DNA of 47,677 nt, taken from the NCBI GenBank assembly GCA_030611765.1, contig JAUWPE010000003.1:1-47677 (forward strand), read 5' to 3'. Shown piece by piece: positions 30,608-39,906 of this stretch. The notes under the pieces are model-generated. The model did no database searches, was not told the DNA's origin, and was given only the letters and a program-made list of their open reading frames with translations. The stretch's first letter is position 1; each line of letters starts with the position of its first letter. The DNA is from Candidatus Cloacimonadota bacterium (lineage in GTDB: Bacteria; Cloacimonadota; Cloacimonadia; JGIOTU-2). Position numbers and translations under genes: made by a program.

Positions 30608-31271
30608 ATTTACAAGCTCTTTCTCCAAATAATTTGGTGCCTACTCGAATGACATTTGCACCTTCTTCAATCGCTACTTTATAGGAATTGCTCATGCCCA
30701 TGGAAAGGTATTTCATATCAACATGAGGGATTTGAAGGCTTTTTATATGATCAAATATTCTTCGTGTTTCCACAAAGTAGGGACGTGCATCTTCAGGATC
30801 ACCGGTAAAGGGTCCCATAGTCATGAGTCCAAGTAGTTTTGTATGTGAAAGAGGAGCGATTTCTCTTACAAGATTCTCCACATCTTCGGGCATCACGCCA
30901 TTCTTTTGTGGTTCGCGTCCGCTGTTCACTTCAATAAGTATGGACATTATTTTGTTGTTCAGTTTAGCATATTTATCGATCTTACGTGCGAGTTTAGCAG
31001 AATCAACAGTTTCGATCATGTCAAAGATCGGCACGACCTGCACGACTTTATTGCTCTGCAAATGCCCGATGAAATGCCATTGAGCTTTTTTACCAACAGA
31101 TTCATAAACCGTGAGGGCTTCCTGCACATAATTTTCACCGATTTTGGATATTCCTGCATCAAGCACTTCAAGAATTTCATCTGCTGTTCTTGTCTTTGCA
31201 GCTGCAACGACCTCGACTCCTTCCGGTACTTCGGAAAGCAAACGTTTCACATTCTCAGTTATTTTTCCCAT
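30600..31271 (-). CDS. yggS: PLP homeostasis protein YggS
   Basis: GENYVQE, WHFIGHLQSNK, GLMTMG, LSMGMSNSY, IRVGTKLFG. Confidence 0.96.
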   Translation of the reverse strand: MGKITENVKRLLSEVPEGVEVVAAAKTRTADEILEVLDAGISKIGENYVQEALTVYESVGKKAQWHFIGHLQSNKVVQVVPIFDMIETVDSAKLARKIDKYAKLNNKIMSILIEVNSGREPQKNGVMPEDVENLVREIAPLSHTKLLGLMTMGPFTGDPEDARPYFVETRRIFDHIKSLQIPHVDMKYLSMGMSNSYKVAIEEGANVIRVGTKLFGERACKYE

Positions 31272-31291
31272 ACAAACCTTTCATTATAGTT

Positions 31292-31351
31292 TTATACATT
31301 ATGTACTACATTCATTTTAATGAACTTTCCTTTGTCAACTCCTATTTCATT
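31292..31351 (-). repeat. Duplicated 3' end of the Zn-finger gene (other copy at 32756-32815)
   Basis: Both copies encode IGVDKGKFIKMNVVHNV-stop, with synonymous differences. Confidence 0.85.
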
Positions 31352-31398
31352 ATCCGAATTGACGTAACGCATAATTCCGGTCTTGCGTAATTGAATTT

Positions 31399-31700
31399 AC
31401 CACGAAAGGCACGAAAATATCTCTGCTTCTAATCCCTATTTCTATTTAATTATTTGCTGTGAGTCGTCATGGACCACTCCGTGACGAAGTTTTTGAATGA
31501 TGATTGAAGAATACTGATTTGGGATTTTAGGGGTGGGTGGTTGTCTCAAATGTCGGTTACTTGGGGGTAATTGACCCTACATGTAAACCGTTGCGAAGGT
31601 CAAAAGAAACCGTTCGCAAGGTTTATTATAACCAAAAATATCGATTGTCACCCTGAGCCGACATGTCGTAAGATATGGAGAGTCGCGGGGTCTAGCTTGC
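31399..31700. repeat. Cluster of REP-like palindromes
   Basis: Family A arm at 31399-31416; hairpin near 31464-31489 related to the one near 27319-27344; GTAG-type REP on the minus strand at 31552-31580; AAACCGTTGCGAAGGT/ACCGTTCGCAAGGTTT at 31585-31624; GTCACCCTGAGC unit at 31647. Confidence 0.7.
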
Positions 31701-31746
31701 TGTAAACCATAATAAAATCATTATTATTAGTAGCAGCTTCTTCATT

Positions 31747-32415
31747 TTACCTCCCATTAATAATTAACGATAATTTTATATTACTTATAAACATTTTTAT
31801 TCCAAAATCCATCGAAATATGAAAAAAGGAATTTTTACTAATTTTGAAGCTATATCCTCCACCTGCTGTTACATTTGGTAATAAACCCACATATGCTAAA
31901 GAAGCTACATAATCACACCCGAGATTTACCGTGGTAAAAAAACCTTTTCTATCTAAGTTTTTAAAATTGTTTACAGTTATTGATATTCCAGCAGTACGGA
32001 CAACCCTGATTGCATTAGCATGCAAAACTATTATATTCTCTTTAATATAACTACTACTGTCGCTCGTAATCCATCCATAACCAATATATATTCCTGGAAT
32101 CAATCCAGGTGAAAGACTAGCATTATAGCAACCTTTCTTTGAACGAATTTTTTCCCCTAAAGTTTTTGGGATTTCACTTTGTTCAACATTTTTTTCCACA
32201 TTTAAGACATTTTCAGATTCAGTATTCATTGAGTAAAACAGAACACATACCCAATTTAGGTTGTTATTAAAAATCTTGATATGTCCAAATTCAGAGACAT
32301 AACTTTTTCCAAAGTTATAATAAGAAGCTGGGATTTCTGCGAAAAGATTTGCTTCAATAAATACTATTGACAATAGAATTAATCCTAAGATAATACCCAT
32401 CAGTTTTTTATACAT
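31747..32415 (-). CDS. Hypothetical exported protein, possibly a small beta-barrel
   Basis: Signal-like N-terminus; alternating beta-strand patterns (PNVTAGGGYSFKI, FFHISMDFG); very AT-rich; AAGGA RBS. Confidence 0.65.
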   Translation of the reverse strand: MYKKLMGIILGLILLSIVFIEANLFAEIPASYYNFGKSYVSEFGHIKIFNNNLNWVCVLFYSMNTESENVLNVEKNVEQSEIPKTLGEKIRSKKGCYNASLSPGLIPGIYIGYGWITSDSSSYIKENIIVLHANAIRVVRTAGISITVNNFKNLDRKGFFTTVNLGCDYVASLAYVGLLPNVTAGGGYSFKISKNSFFHISMDFGIKMFISNIKLSLIINGR

Positions 32416-32755
32416 TTTTTATTTCTATCCTTATTTTTATAAATAGGAATTCTAAATTTATTGTTTACTTCCTTTATGTGAATGTCCCTCTATCTGTAGA
32501 AAACAAATAGAGGGGAAAAATAAATAAACGTATTTTTTTCAAGAATGCATATAGACTTTCCATTTGTATGGAATAGTTATATCGTAATTTATGCAACTTG
32601 CTTACTTGTATTGGCGAACAGACGGAGTTGTAATAAGTTGGAGAGGGGATATACGCTCCTAATACATTCTTCCGCTTACTTATCGTTTCCATCATATGAT
32701 TCATTAGTTTCGAATTAATGAGAATTGTGATATGGGTGTCAATTTTTATTGTTCG

Positions 32756-32980
32756 TCACACATTATGAACAACATTCATCTTAATGAACTTTCCTTTGTC
32801 AACTCCAATTTTATTTCCGCATGAGCATTTGACGATTTTATCTTCATGAATTGAGTGATCTTCCAAAATTCTTTTCTTATAGCATCGCAAAATGTGACCC
32901 CTTCCCACTTTTTCATATTTGAAAATTTTGCTTTTGCATTTATCGCATTTTATGATAATAATGCGCAATGAATCTGCCAT
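32756..32980 (-). CDS. Small Zn-finger-like hypothetical protein
   Basis: CDKC...C...CSCG, 74 aa; starts 1 bp after the helicase stop. Confidence 0.75.
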   Translation of the reverse strand: MADSLRIIIIKCDKCKSKIFKYEKVGRGHILRCYKKRILEDHSIHEDKIVKCSCGNKIGVDKGKFIKMNVVHNV

Positions 32981-32981
32981 A

Positions 32982-35900
32982 TTAGAATAGCTCTTGCTGT
33001 GATTGCGGGTGTGAAGGTTTTTTCTTTTTCTTGTACTCTATTTTCTTTTCCTCAAGAAGCTCCTGCTCGATCGATTTAATGTAAGAGGATTGGGGAAAAT
33101 TACAAGTTTTTCCATAAATGAAGCGACTTTGGGCACCTGTCAGATACAGCAGGTTCCTTGCACGGGTCATACCAACATAGAACAATCTGCGCTCTTCATC
33201 TATGTTGCATTTTTTATTTTCGAATAATGAGTAGGGAAGTATGCCATCTTCACAACCTGCGATGAACACACAGTCAAATTCCAAACCTTTTGCAGAATGG
33301 AGTGTGAGCAGATTCACCCGTTCCAAAGTGAAGTCGTTTGTGTCAACACCGGAACCAAGAATTGCAAACTTCAGGAATGCATCAAAGTCATTATCAAATT
33401 TCTCGGTACAGTTAATCAATTTTTTAATAGATTCATCAAGTTGAGATATCTGTCCTTTAAAAAATCTCGCGATGATCATTTCAAGTGCTTGCTGCACGTT
33501 ATTTTCTATAAGACAGGTCTTAAGCTCGTTCAGGTCGGGGATGGTCAAAATATTCCGTTTGATAAGTTCATCTATGAGAAACATATTTCTCGGGTTGAGT
33601 GCAAGACGCAGCACATCGAGCACTGATTTTACGGGCTCTTCAAAGAAAAATGAATTTTCTGTTACTTTCTGATAGGGGATCGAATGGTCATTAAGCGCCT
33701 TTTCCAGCACAGGCATTTGTGCCTTCAGCCGACAAAGGATTGCAACTTCGGAAAGACTGCCCACTTTCGAGCCCTCGCTTCCATCGGTGATAGAACTGTC
33801 CATCGAGAAAAATCGCACACCGCCGATGAGTTTCTCGATCTCACGAGCTATAAATTCTGCTTCGCTTTTATCTGTGGCATGAGAAGAAATATTGATCTTC
33901 ACACCTTCCTGCAAACCGGAGAGTATTTCCTGCTCCTCAATAACCTGGTGGGAAGCTCTCAAAATTGTATTGGTGCAGCGGTAACTCTGCAGCAATGGAA
34001 TGATTGTTGTTTGGGTGTAATCCTTTTGAAATTTTTGGATTAAACCGACATCTGCACCACGAAAACCGTAGATTGCCTGATTTGGATCACCGATCGCTGT
34101 GATATTTGCCTGCTTTTCCGGCTTAATAAGTTTGATGAGCTGGTACTGTGCTGCATTGATATCCTGAAATTCATCAATTAGAATAAACTGTATTTTTTTC
34201 TGATATTTTTTCTGGATTTTCTGCTCGTTCTTTAAGAGCATGACCGGTTTATAGATCAGATCTTCAATATCAAAAAGATTGAACTGCCGCAGAGCTTTCT
34301 CGTATTTTGCAAAGAGTTCCTTAGTTGCTTTTTTTCTGATCTTTGATCGTGATATTGCCTGCTGCTTGATATGCGAAATTTCCTCATAAAGAGATTTTAC
34401 TTTTTTCTTATTACATCCCACTTTTTCGATAAGAAAACGCTGTTTTTCTGTTTCATCAAGAATACTGAATTGCGAATCCCGATTAAAATATGATGCATGC
34501 TCTTTGAGGATCGAGTAGCCATAAGAATGAAAAGTCGAGATCTGCAGCTCCTCTTTTGAGATGGTGTCCAATATTTTATCGAGCCGTTCCTTCATTTCCT
34601 CCGAAGCTTTATTGGTAAAGGTAACCGCAAGTATATTTGCCGGCTTGATACCTCGCTGTTTGATAAGATAAGCAATACGCGCCGTAAGTGTTCTTGTTTT
34701 GCCTGTTCCCGGTCCAGCCAAAATGAGTAGTGTTCCCGGATAGTGTTGTACTGCAAGCTTTTGATTTTCGTTGAGTTCCTCAAGAAAATCTGAAGGAGTT
34801 TGTTCAACTGCAGTTTTTTTTTCCTTCACGATAAAAAGCTCGGGTTCCGTTTCCTTTGTATATAACTTCTTAAATGATGCAATGTCAAAGTTGATGAGCG
34901 GTTTGGGTGGTGGGGCTTTTATCTCTTCAGTGAAATCTGAGAAAAGGGCTTCCTGGTTTTGCATATCCTTTATTTCATCCTTGGTGAAAACGCGAATAAT
35001 GCCGTATTCTCCATCAAATCCTTCCTCGATATGCACCTGTCCGTTACGCATCCTTCTAATGGCTTCGGTAAGGATTTCATTAGTTTTTTTCTGCAAATCA
35101 TCAAGTGGAGTATGTAAGAGAATATCAAACTCGGAAGTAAATTTTTGCAGCAACGCTTCATAAGCTTGAGCAACTTTTTTTGAATTTTTGCCTACACCGA
35201 GAATCTCTGAAAGAATTTCATCCAATGTGATAAGAGAATGGAATTTATCTCTGTGTGGTCTTGCTTTTGGATCGGATCTGTCTGCGAGCTGGGCAACGCG
35301 GTTGAGCACGCCAACAGTAACTTTTTTCCCGCAAACAGGGCAGATGCCTTTATGCTTGAGCGTTTCAACCGGATCCCAGCAAATGCCGCATTTTCTGTGT
35401 CCGTCAAAATGATATTTCCCTTCCTGGGGAAAGAACTCGACTGTTCCTAAAAATTGCTCATCATTACCGAATTTCATCGCATCACGAATTGCATGATAAC
35501 TCAGCTCTGTATCAAAAAAATTTGCTTCTCTACCAAGCTTTGATGGTGAGTGCGCATCAGAGTTTGAAATGAGGGTATATTTATCCAGAAATGAACAGAC
35601 CCAGTTCATCGGAGGGTCGGAAGAAAGCCCTGTTTCAACTGCGAAAATGTGTTCAGAAAGGTCGTCATAGCATTCTTCGATAGTATCAAATCCCGATTTT
35701 GAACCAAGTGCAGAAAACCAGGGCGTCCAGATATGTGCAGGAACAAGGAAGGAATCGTCCGAGCTTTCGAGCACAATTTCGAATAGATCGCGGGAATCCA
35801 AGCCGAGGATCGGCCTGCCGTCTGAAGTGATATTTCCTATTTGCGAGAGCTTGTTTTGAATCTTCTCAACAGTTTCGAAATCAGGTGCAAAAAGAACATT

Positions 35901-36203
35901 ATGTACCTTGCGGACTTTTCCGTTCTTTTTGTAGATATTGCTGATCTCAGCAGTAAGAATGAAGCGTGTTTGATTATGAAAATTGTATTTTTTAAATTCC
36001 TTTTTAAGTGTGAAAAGACCGGGCTCGGCAGGTTCGAGTTTTTCTTTCAGTTCCTTAAGCCATCCCGGATGAGAAAAATCTCCTGTCCCAACAACAGTGA
36101 TACCTTTTTTCTGCGCCCATTTGTCGAGTTCTTCGGGAATGAGACTTTTACTGGTGGCAATTGAAAAATGCGAGTGAATATGGAAATCGGCAATAAATTT
36201 CAT
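32982..36203 (-). CDS. EndoQ/PHP-type nuclease fused to a UvrD/PcrA helicase
   Basis: DFHIHSHFS, GTGDFSHP, PAHIWTPW, SNSDAHS, CGIC...CPVC; AGPGTGKT, AVTFTNKA, IDEFQD, GDPNQAIYGFRGA, TLHSAKGLEF, EERRLFYVGMTRA. Confidence 0.93.
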   Translation of the reverse strand: MKFIADFHIHSHFSIATSKSLIPEELDKWAQKKGITVVGTGDFSHPGWLKELKEKLEPAEPGLFTLKKEFKKYNFHNQTRFILTAEISNIYKKNGKVRKVHNVLFAPDFETVEKIQNKLSQIGNITSDGRPILGLDSRDLFEIVLESSDDSFLVPAHIWTPWFSALGSKSGFDTIEECYDDLSEHIFAVETGLSSDPPMNWVCSFLDKYTLISNSDAHSPSKLGREANFFDTELSYHAIRDAMKFGNDEQFLGTVEFFPQEGKYHFDGHRKCGICWDPVETLKHKGICPVCGKKVTVGVLNRVAQLADRSDPKARPHRDKFHSLITLDEILSEILGVGKNSKKVAQAYEALLQKFTSEFDILLHTPLDDLQKKTNEILTEAIRRMRNGQVHIEEGFDGEYGIIRVFTKDEIKDMQNQEALFSDFTEEIKAPPPKPLINFDIASFKKLYTKETEPELFIVKEKKTAVEQTPSDFLEELNENQKLAVQHYPGTLLILAGPGTGKTRTLTARIAYLIKQRGIKPANILAVTFTNKASEEMKERLDKILDTISKEELQISTFHSYGYSILKEHASYFNRDSQFSILDETEKQRFLIEKVGCNKKKVKSLYEEISHIKQQAISRSKIRKKATKELFAKYEKALRQFNLFDIEDLIYKPVMLLKNEQKIQKKYQKKIQFILIDEFQDINAAQYQLIKLIKPEKQANITAIGDPNQAIYGFRGADVGLIQKFQKDYTQTTIIPLLQSYRCTNTILRASHQVIEEQEILSGLQEGVKINISSHATDKSEAEFIAREIEKLIGGVRFFSMDSSITDGSEGSKVGSLSEVAILCRLKAQMPVLEKALNDHSIPYQKVTENSFFFEEPVKSVLDVLRLALNPRNMFLIDELIKRNILTIPDLNELKTCLIENNVQQALEMIIARFFKGQISQLDESIKKLINCTEKFDNDFDAFLKFAILGSGVDTNDFTLERVNLLTLHSAKGLEFDCVFIAGCEDGILPYSLFENKKCNIDEERRLFYVGMTRARNLLYLTGAQSRFIYGKTCNFPQSSYIKSIEQELLEEKKIEYKKKKKPSHPQSQQELF

Positions 36204-36299
36204 GGTTTATTATAGGTCTTTCTAATTTTAAGTGGGTTGAAATATTGAAATAAACGAATCTGAATTTCCAATATCCAACACGGAATAACCAATATCCAT

Positions 36300-36600
36300 T
36301 TAACTACACTCTCTCTTAACTCTTTTAAAGTTGCTTTCAATTTATTTATACTGTTAGATATTTCGCTTAACATATTGTTTTCCATTATTGTATTAATTGT
36401 CTAACGGAGTAAATAAAATCAGACCTAAATTCAGTATTTTGAGCTTCTCCATAATTCGCTGTAGGTGATGATCCGCTTTTCAGTATTTGAAATATGGTAT
36501 GTTTAACTGCCTTTGTTTCGGGTAGTTGCGCATAAACATGAATAATCTTAACCGAATAATCAATCAGACGTTCCTGCAAATCGAACTTTTTATGAATCAT
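36300..36600 (-). pseudogene. Four-helix-bundle (23S rRNA IVS-like) protein, interrupted and truncated
   Basis: DLQERLIDYSVKII...QILKSGSSPTANYGEAQ...DFI; removing 36345-36409 restores DFIYKLKATLKELRES. Confidence 0.85.
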
Positions 36601-36724
36601 TTTCTTTATTCTTTTCCTTCATTAATTGGATATTCCGTGCCTGCCGAGCCATAGCCTAAGCGACGGCTGGTTGAATATTAGATATTGTTTGCAACTTACC
36701 AACTCAATGCTCAAAAGATCCTTA

Positions 36725-37834
36725 TTATGTCGCAGTTCTGAAGAGTCCGATCAAGCCGATAGTTCCAAAGATAATATTTGCAAACCACGCAGCCATAACC
36801 GGTGAAAGCAGTTCATTGTAGCCGAGACTTTGTCCGAATCTGACCATTGAAATGTATAAAAAACAGATTGCAATTGCTACCACAAAGCCGATTCCCCGGG
36901 ATTTTCCTCTTTTTGAAATCGTGGCAAGTGGAATGCAGAACAGGATCATTATCACATTCACAAAAGGATATGCTATCTTCAGATTCATTTCCACCAGCTC
37001 TTTTTGATGTTTCTCACCAATTCTTCGTAAACGTTCAATATAATCCCGTAACTCGAATACAGTCATCTCATCAGGTTTTTTTGTGCTTTTTACCAGATCT
37101 TCGGGCTGTATGTGAATATCATCAAAATACTGTTCCTCAAAATTAATATATGAAACGAGTTTATTATCCTCGAATTCTCGAATGTAGCCATTATAAAAAG
37201 TTAGCTTCATATCTTGATCATCATTCTTGGTTTCTGTGTCCCAGAGTCCGTGTTCCGCATGTATCTTTTTCACAATATGACTGTCATTATTAAAGATAGA
37301 GATGTCTATATTCTTGATCTTGTTTTTGTAGCCATCAAGAAATCCGATATAGTACAAACGGTTCTTATCATCCTTATATTGAATGTCAGACCGGACCCTG
37401 ATGTCGGCTCTATTCTGTTTTTTTATCTTTACTCTTTCGATGTACACGAGTGTATCTTCTGCCCACGGCATGACTGTATCACCGAAAACAAATAAAAGTA
37501 TCGTGATAAGAAATCCAAAGGCAAAAAGAGGAACGGACATCCTTTTTATGCTTATGCCTGCGCTGCGAATTGCGACTGTTTCGTTGTGCTTGCTCATGTA
37601 TTGCATAAGGAAGAGTCCTGCAAGAAGGATCGCTACAGGAGATGAGAGCACCATAATATAGGGAATCCTGCAGAGGAAATAGAAAACCACATCCCAGAAT
37701 GCCGGATTCTCACTAAAAAACCTGCTCCATTTTTCAAAGAATTCAATAACCAGAAAAATTGCTGTGAAAGAACTTAGAATGATCATGTAGAGACGGGCAA
37801 AGCTTTTAAAGAGGTATTTATCAATTATTTTCAT
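36725..37834 (-). CDS. lptG: LPS export permease LptG
   Basis: MKIIDKYL, MSKHNETVAIRSAGIS, PDEMTVFEL, PVMAAWFANIIF. Confidence 0.9.
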   Translation of the reverse strand: MKIIDKYLFKSFARLYMIILSSFTAIFLVIEFFEKWSRFFSENPAFWDVVFYFLCRIPYIMVLSSPVAILLAGLFLMQYMSKHNETVAIRSAGISIKRMSVPLFAFGFLITILLFVFGDTVMPWAEDTLVYIERVKIKKQNRADIRVRSDIQYKDDKNRLYYIGFLDGYKNKIKNIDISIFNNDSHIVKKIHAEHGLWDTETKNDDQDMKLTFYNGYIREFEDNKLVSYINFEEQYFDDIHIQPEDLVKSTKKPDEMTVFELRDYIERLRRIGEKHQKELVEMNLKIAYPFVNVIMILFCIPLATISKRGKSRGIGFVVAIAICFLYISMVRFGQSLGYNELLSPVMAAWFANIIFGTIGLIGLFRTAT

Positions 37835-39143
37835 CGGATGCTTCTGTTTTTTGCTTTCGTTTGAAGATGTTCTTTATTCGTTCAAGATGAATTATTTTTC
37901 GCTCCCGCATTGAATAGATCACAAGATACACGCCTGCGATAGTGAAGATAATATTCGAGATCCACATGCCGATAAATGGTGAGATGATCATCTTGTCTGC
38001 CAGCTCCTCGCCTGCAAAAAGCGATACGTAATACACCACAAAAACAAGCGAACTCACTGTAAATCCCATTCCCACGGAATTTGTCCGGGTCATCATGCCG
38101 ATGGGCGCTCCGATAAGGATGAATACAAGGCAGGCAAAGGCGATCGAGTATTTCTTGTCTACCTCCACCTGATACTTGCTGATCTCCCTGCTCAAGCTAT
38201 AAATACGTTGATCGTGAACTCTGATAAGATGTTTCAGTTTACTTATTTCTTTGTTATCTCCATCTTTCGGGTTCTCCGCTATTTCTACAAGCTGTGTTTC
38301 ATATTTTAGCTTTTCTTTGATCTTATTCTGTCGTTGAGTATCAAGTTCCCTGATGTGCTTTTTCATGTCCGAAGAGCTCATTTCTCTATCCCCACGCTGT
38401 GCAAGATGGGCTTCGCTCACACCGATGCCGAGGTCAGGGATTTTTATCAAGTACTTCTTGAATACAATAGTTGTATAATCCTGCGGATCATCTTTAGAAA
38501 TTTCGTGGATCAGTCCGTTATACAGCGTCGCATTCAGAGAATTCCCGCCATTGAAAAGCTCGATATTGCCGTATTCTGACGTGATTGTTTTGGGATATTT
38601 GCCGTTGTTCTTATCGTAAATAACGATTTCATTATAACGTTTGCCATCTTCAGATTTGTCATGAAAATAAAAATTGTAATCTTTCAATTCTGTGAACAGT
38701 CCGGGTTTGAGTTCCGAAGTGGGTCTGCGAGTGCTTATTTTAATTAAGAGATTTTTCAACTCAAAATTACTCTCCGGCAAAATGTGGTCGTTGAAGTAAA
38801 TCATAAAAAGAGAAATGAGGATCGCAACGATCACCACAGGCTTCATCATACTGTAAATATTGATGCCGCTTGCTTTAAATGCAGTGATCTCATTGTCCGA
38901 TGAGAGCCGACCAAATGCCATAATTGTGGCAACGAGCACAGCCATCGGGATAGCGAGAGCAAGCATAAAGGGTAAACTCAACACAAAAACCTGCGTGGTC
39001 GTCCAGAGGTCGAGATGCTTTGTGATGATGAGATTCAGCAGATCCAGCACTCTGTCCAGCAGCATAATGAAGGTGATCACCATGACTGAGAGTATAAAGG
39101 GACCTGCATGCTCCCTGAGAATATATTTAGATAGAATTTTCAT
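37821..39143 (-). CDS. lptF: LPS export permease LptF
   Basis: MKILSKYILRE, FGRLSSDNEITAFKASGI, KKYSIAFACLVFILIGAPIG. Confidence 0.9.
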   Translation of the reverse strand: MKILSKYILREHAGPFILSVMVITFIMLLDRVLDLLNLIITKHLDLWTTTQVFVLSLPFMLALAIPMAVLVATIMAFGRLSSDNEITAFKASGINIYSMMKPVVIVAILISLFMIYFNDHILPESNFELKNLLIKISTRRPTSELKPGLFTELKDYNFYFHDKSEDGKRYNEIVIYDKNNGKYPKTITSEYGNIELFNGGNSLNATLYNGLIHEISKDDPQDYTTIVFKKYLIKIPDLGIGVSEAHLAQRGDREMSSSDMKKHIRELDTQRQNKIKEKLKYETQLVEIAENPKDGDNKEISKLKHLIRVHDQRIYSLSREISKYQVEVDKKYSIAFACLVFILIGAPIGMMTRTNSVGMGFTVSSLVFVVYYVSLFAGEELADKMIISPFIGMWISNIIFTIAGVYLVIYSMRERKIIHLERIKNIFKRKQKTEASDENN

Positions 39144-39224
39144 TGAACGACCTTTCGCAGTGCAGTTTTTGAGATGGGGGAAAATTGTCAATTTTTGGGA
39201 GAAAATAAATCAAATAAAATCTTA

Positions 39225-39810
39225 ACCACGAAAAACACGAAAAAACACGAAAAAATAAATTTAAACAACCACAGAGGGCACAGAGAAACACAGAGATAAA
39301 AATAACCGAGAAGAAAAGCGAAGAGAGAAGAGCGAGGAAAGAATAAAAATCACGATCCGTCTTCATATCAACTATCGGGACGACGCTGTGGCAAGCCAGT
39401 CTTAGTTTCACTACTCTGTGATAAAACGGCGTAACATGCAGGTAGAGGAATTTTCGACTTGTGACAAGATAATTCCAAATAAAAAAGGGCATGTCATTCC
39501 CGTGAAAACGGGAATCCAGTTTATTAATAACAGCACGCAGATAAACGCAGATTGGGCAGATTTTGGCAGATATATATTGAATATTTTTAACCACAGAGAG
39601 CACAGAGAACACAGAGGAATTATCAAGTTAAAATTTTAAATATAATCAGTATTCCTTCTTTGCAGGATTTCACGGGGTAAATCAGTTTCATCAGCGTTAA
39701 TCTGTGTTCTATTCTTTTCAGATCCCCGAGTCATTCCCTTCGTGGCTGACTCGTGAAACGCAACACATGTTTATCAGCTTCATCAGCGTTTATCTGCGTT
39801 CTATTCTCTA
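39225..39810. repeat. Dense repeat mosaic between divergent lptF and the beta-helix gene
   Basis: Family A at 39225, 39268 and 39590; GTCATTCCCGTGAAAACGGGAATCCAG at 39493; family B at 39532-39571 and 39680-39803; family C at 39725-39756. Confidence 0.85.
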
Positions 39811-39906
39811 TTTTTAGCTCTTCGCGAATATTTGTCTTGACAGCTTTCTGAACAGATATTCCATTCATCACGAAGTTAAAAACTTAGCTTCGTAAAGAGA
39901 GGTAAA

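Noticed and set aside
30600-30700. SOS box upstream of umuD
   Set aside because: No CTGT-N8-ACAG or GAAC-N4-GTTC seen; the region is yggS coding sequence
32474-32704. 76-aa ORF inside the 1.4-kb insert
   Set aside because: No motif or clear RBS; cannot be supported as a gene
36200-36600. DGR accessory (Avd-like) gene or programmed frameshift
   Set aside because: No reverse transcriptase or TR/VR pair in the window; the break is explained by a 65-bp insertion
39127-39639. ORFs of 161, 71 and 73 aa in the lptF upstream region
   Set aside because: They consist of translated repeat arms (SVLSVV, LCALCG, FSCFSW)
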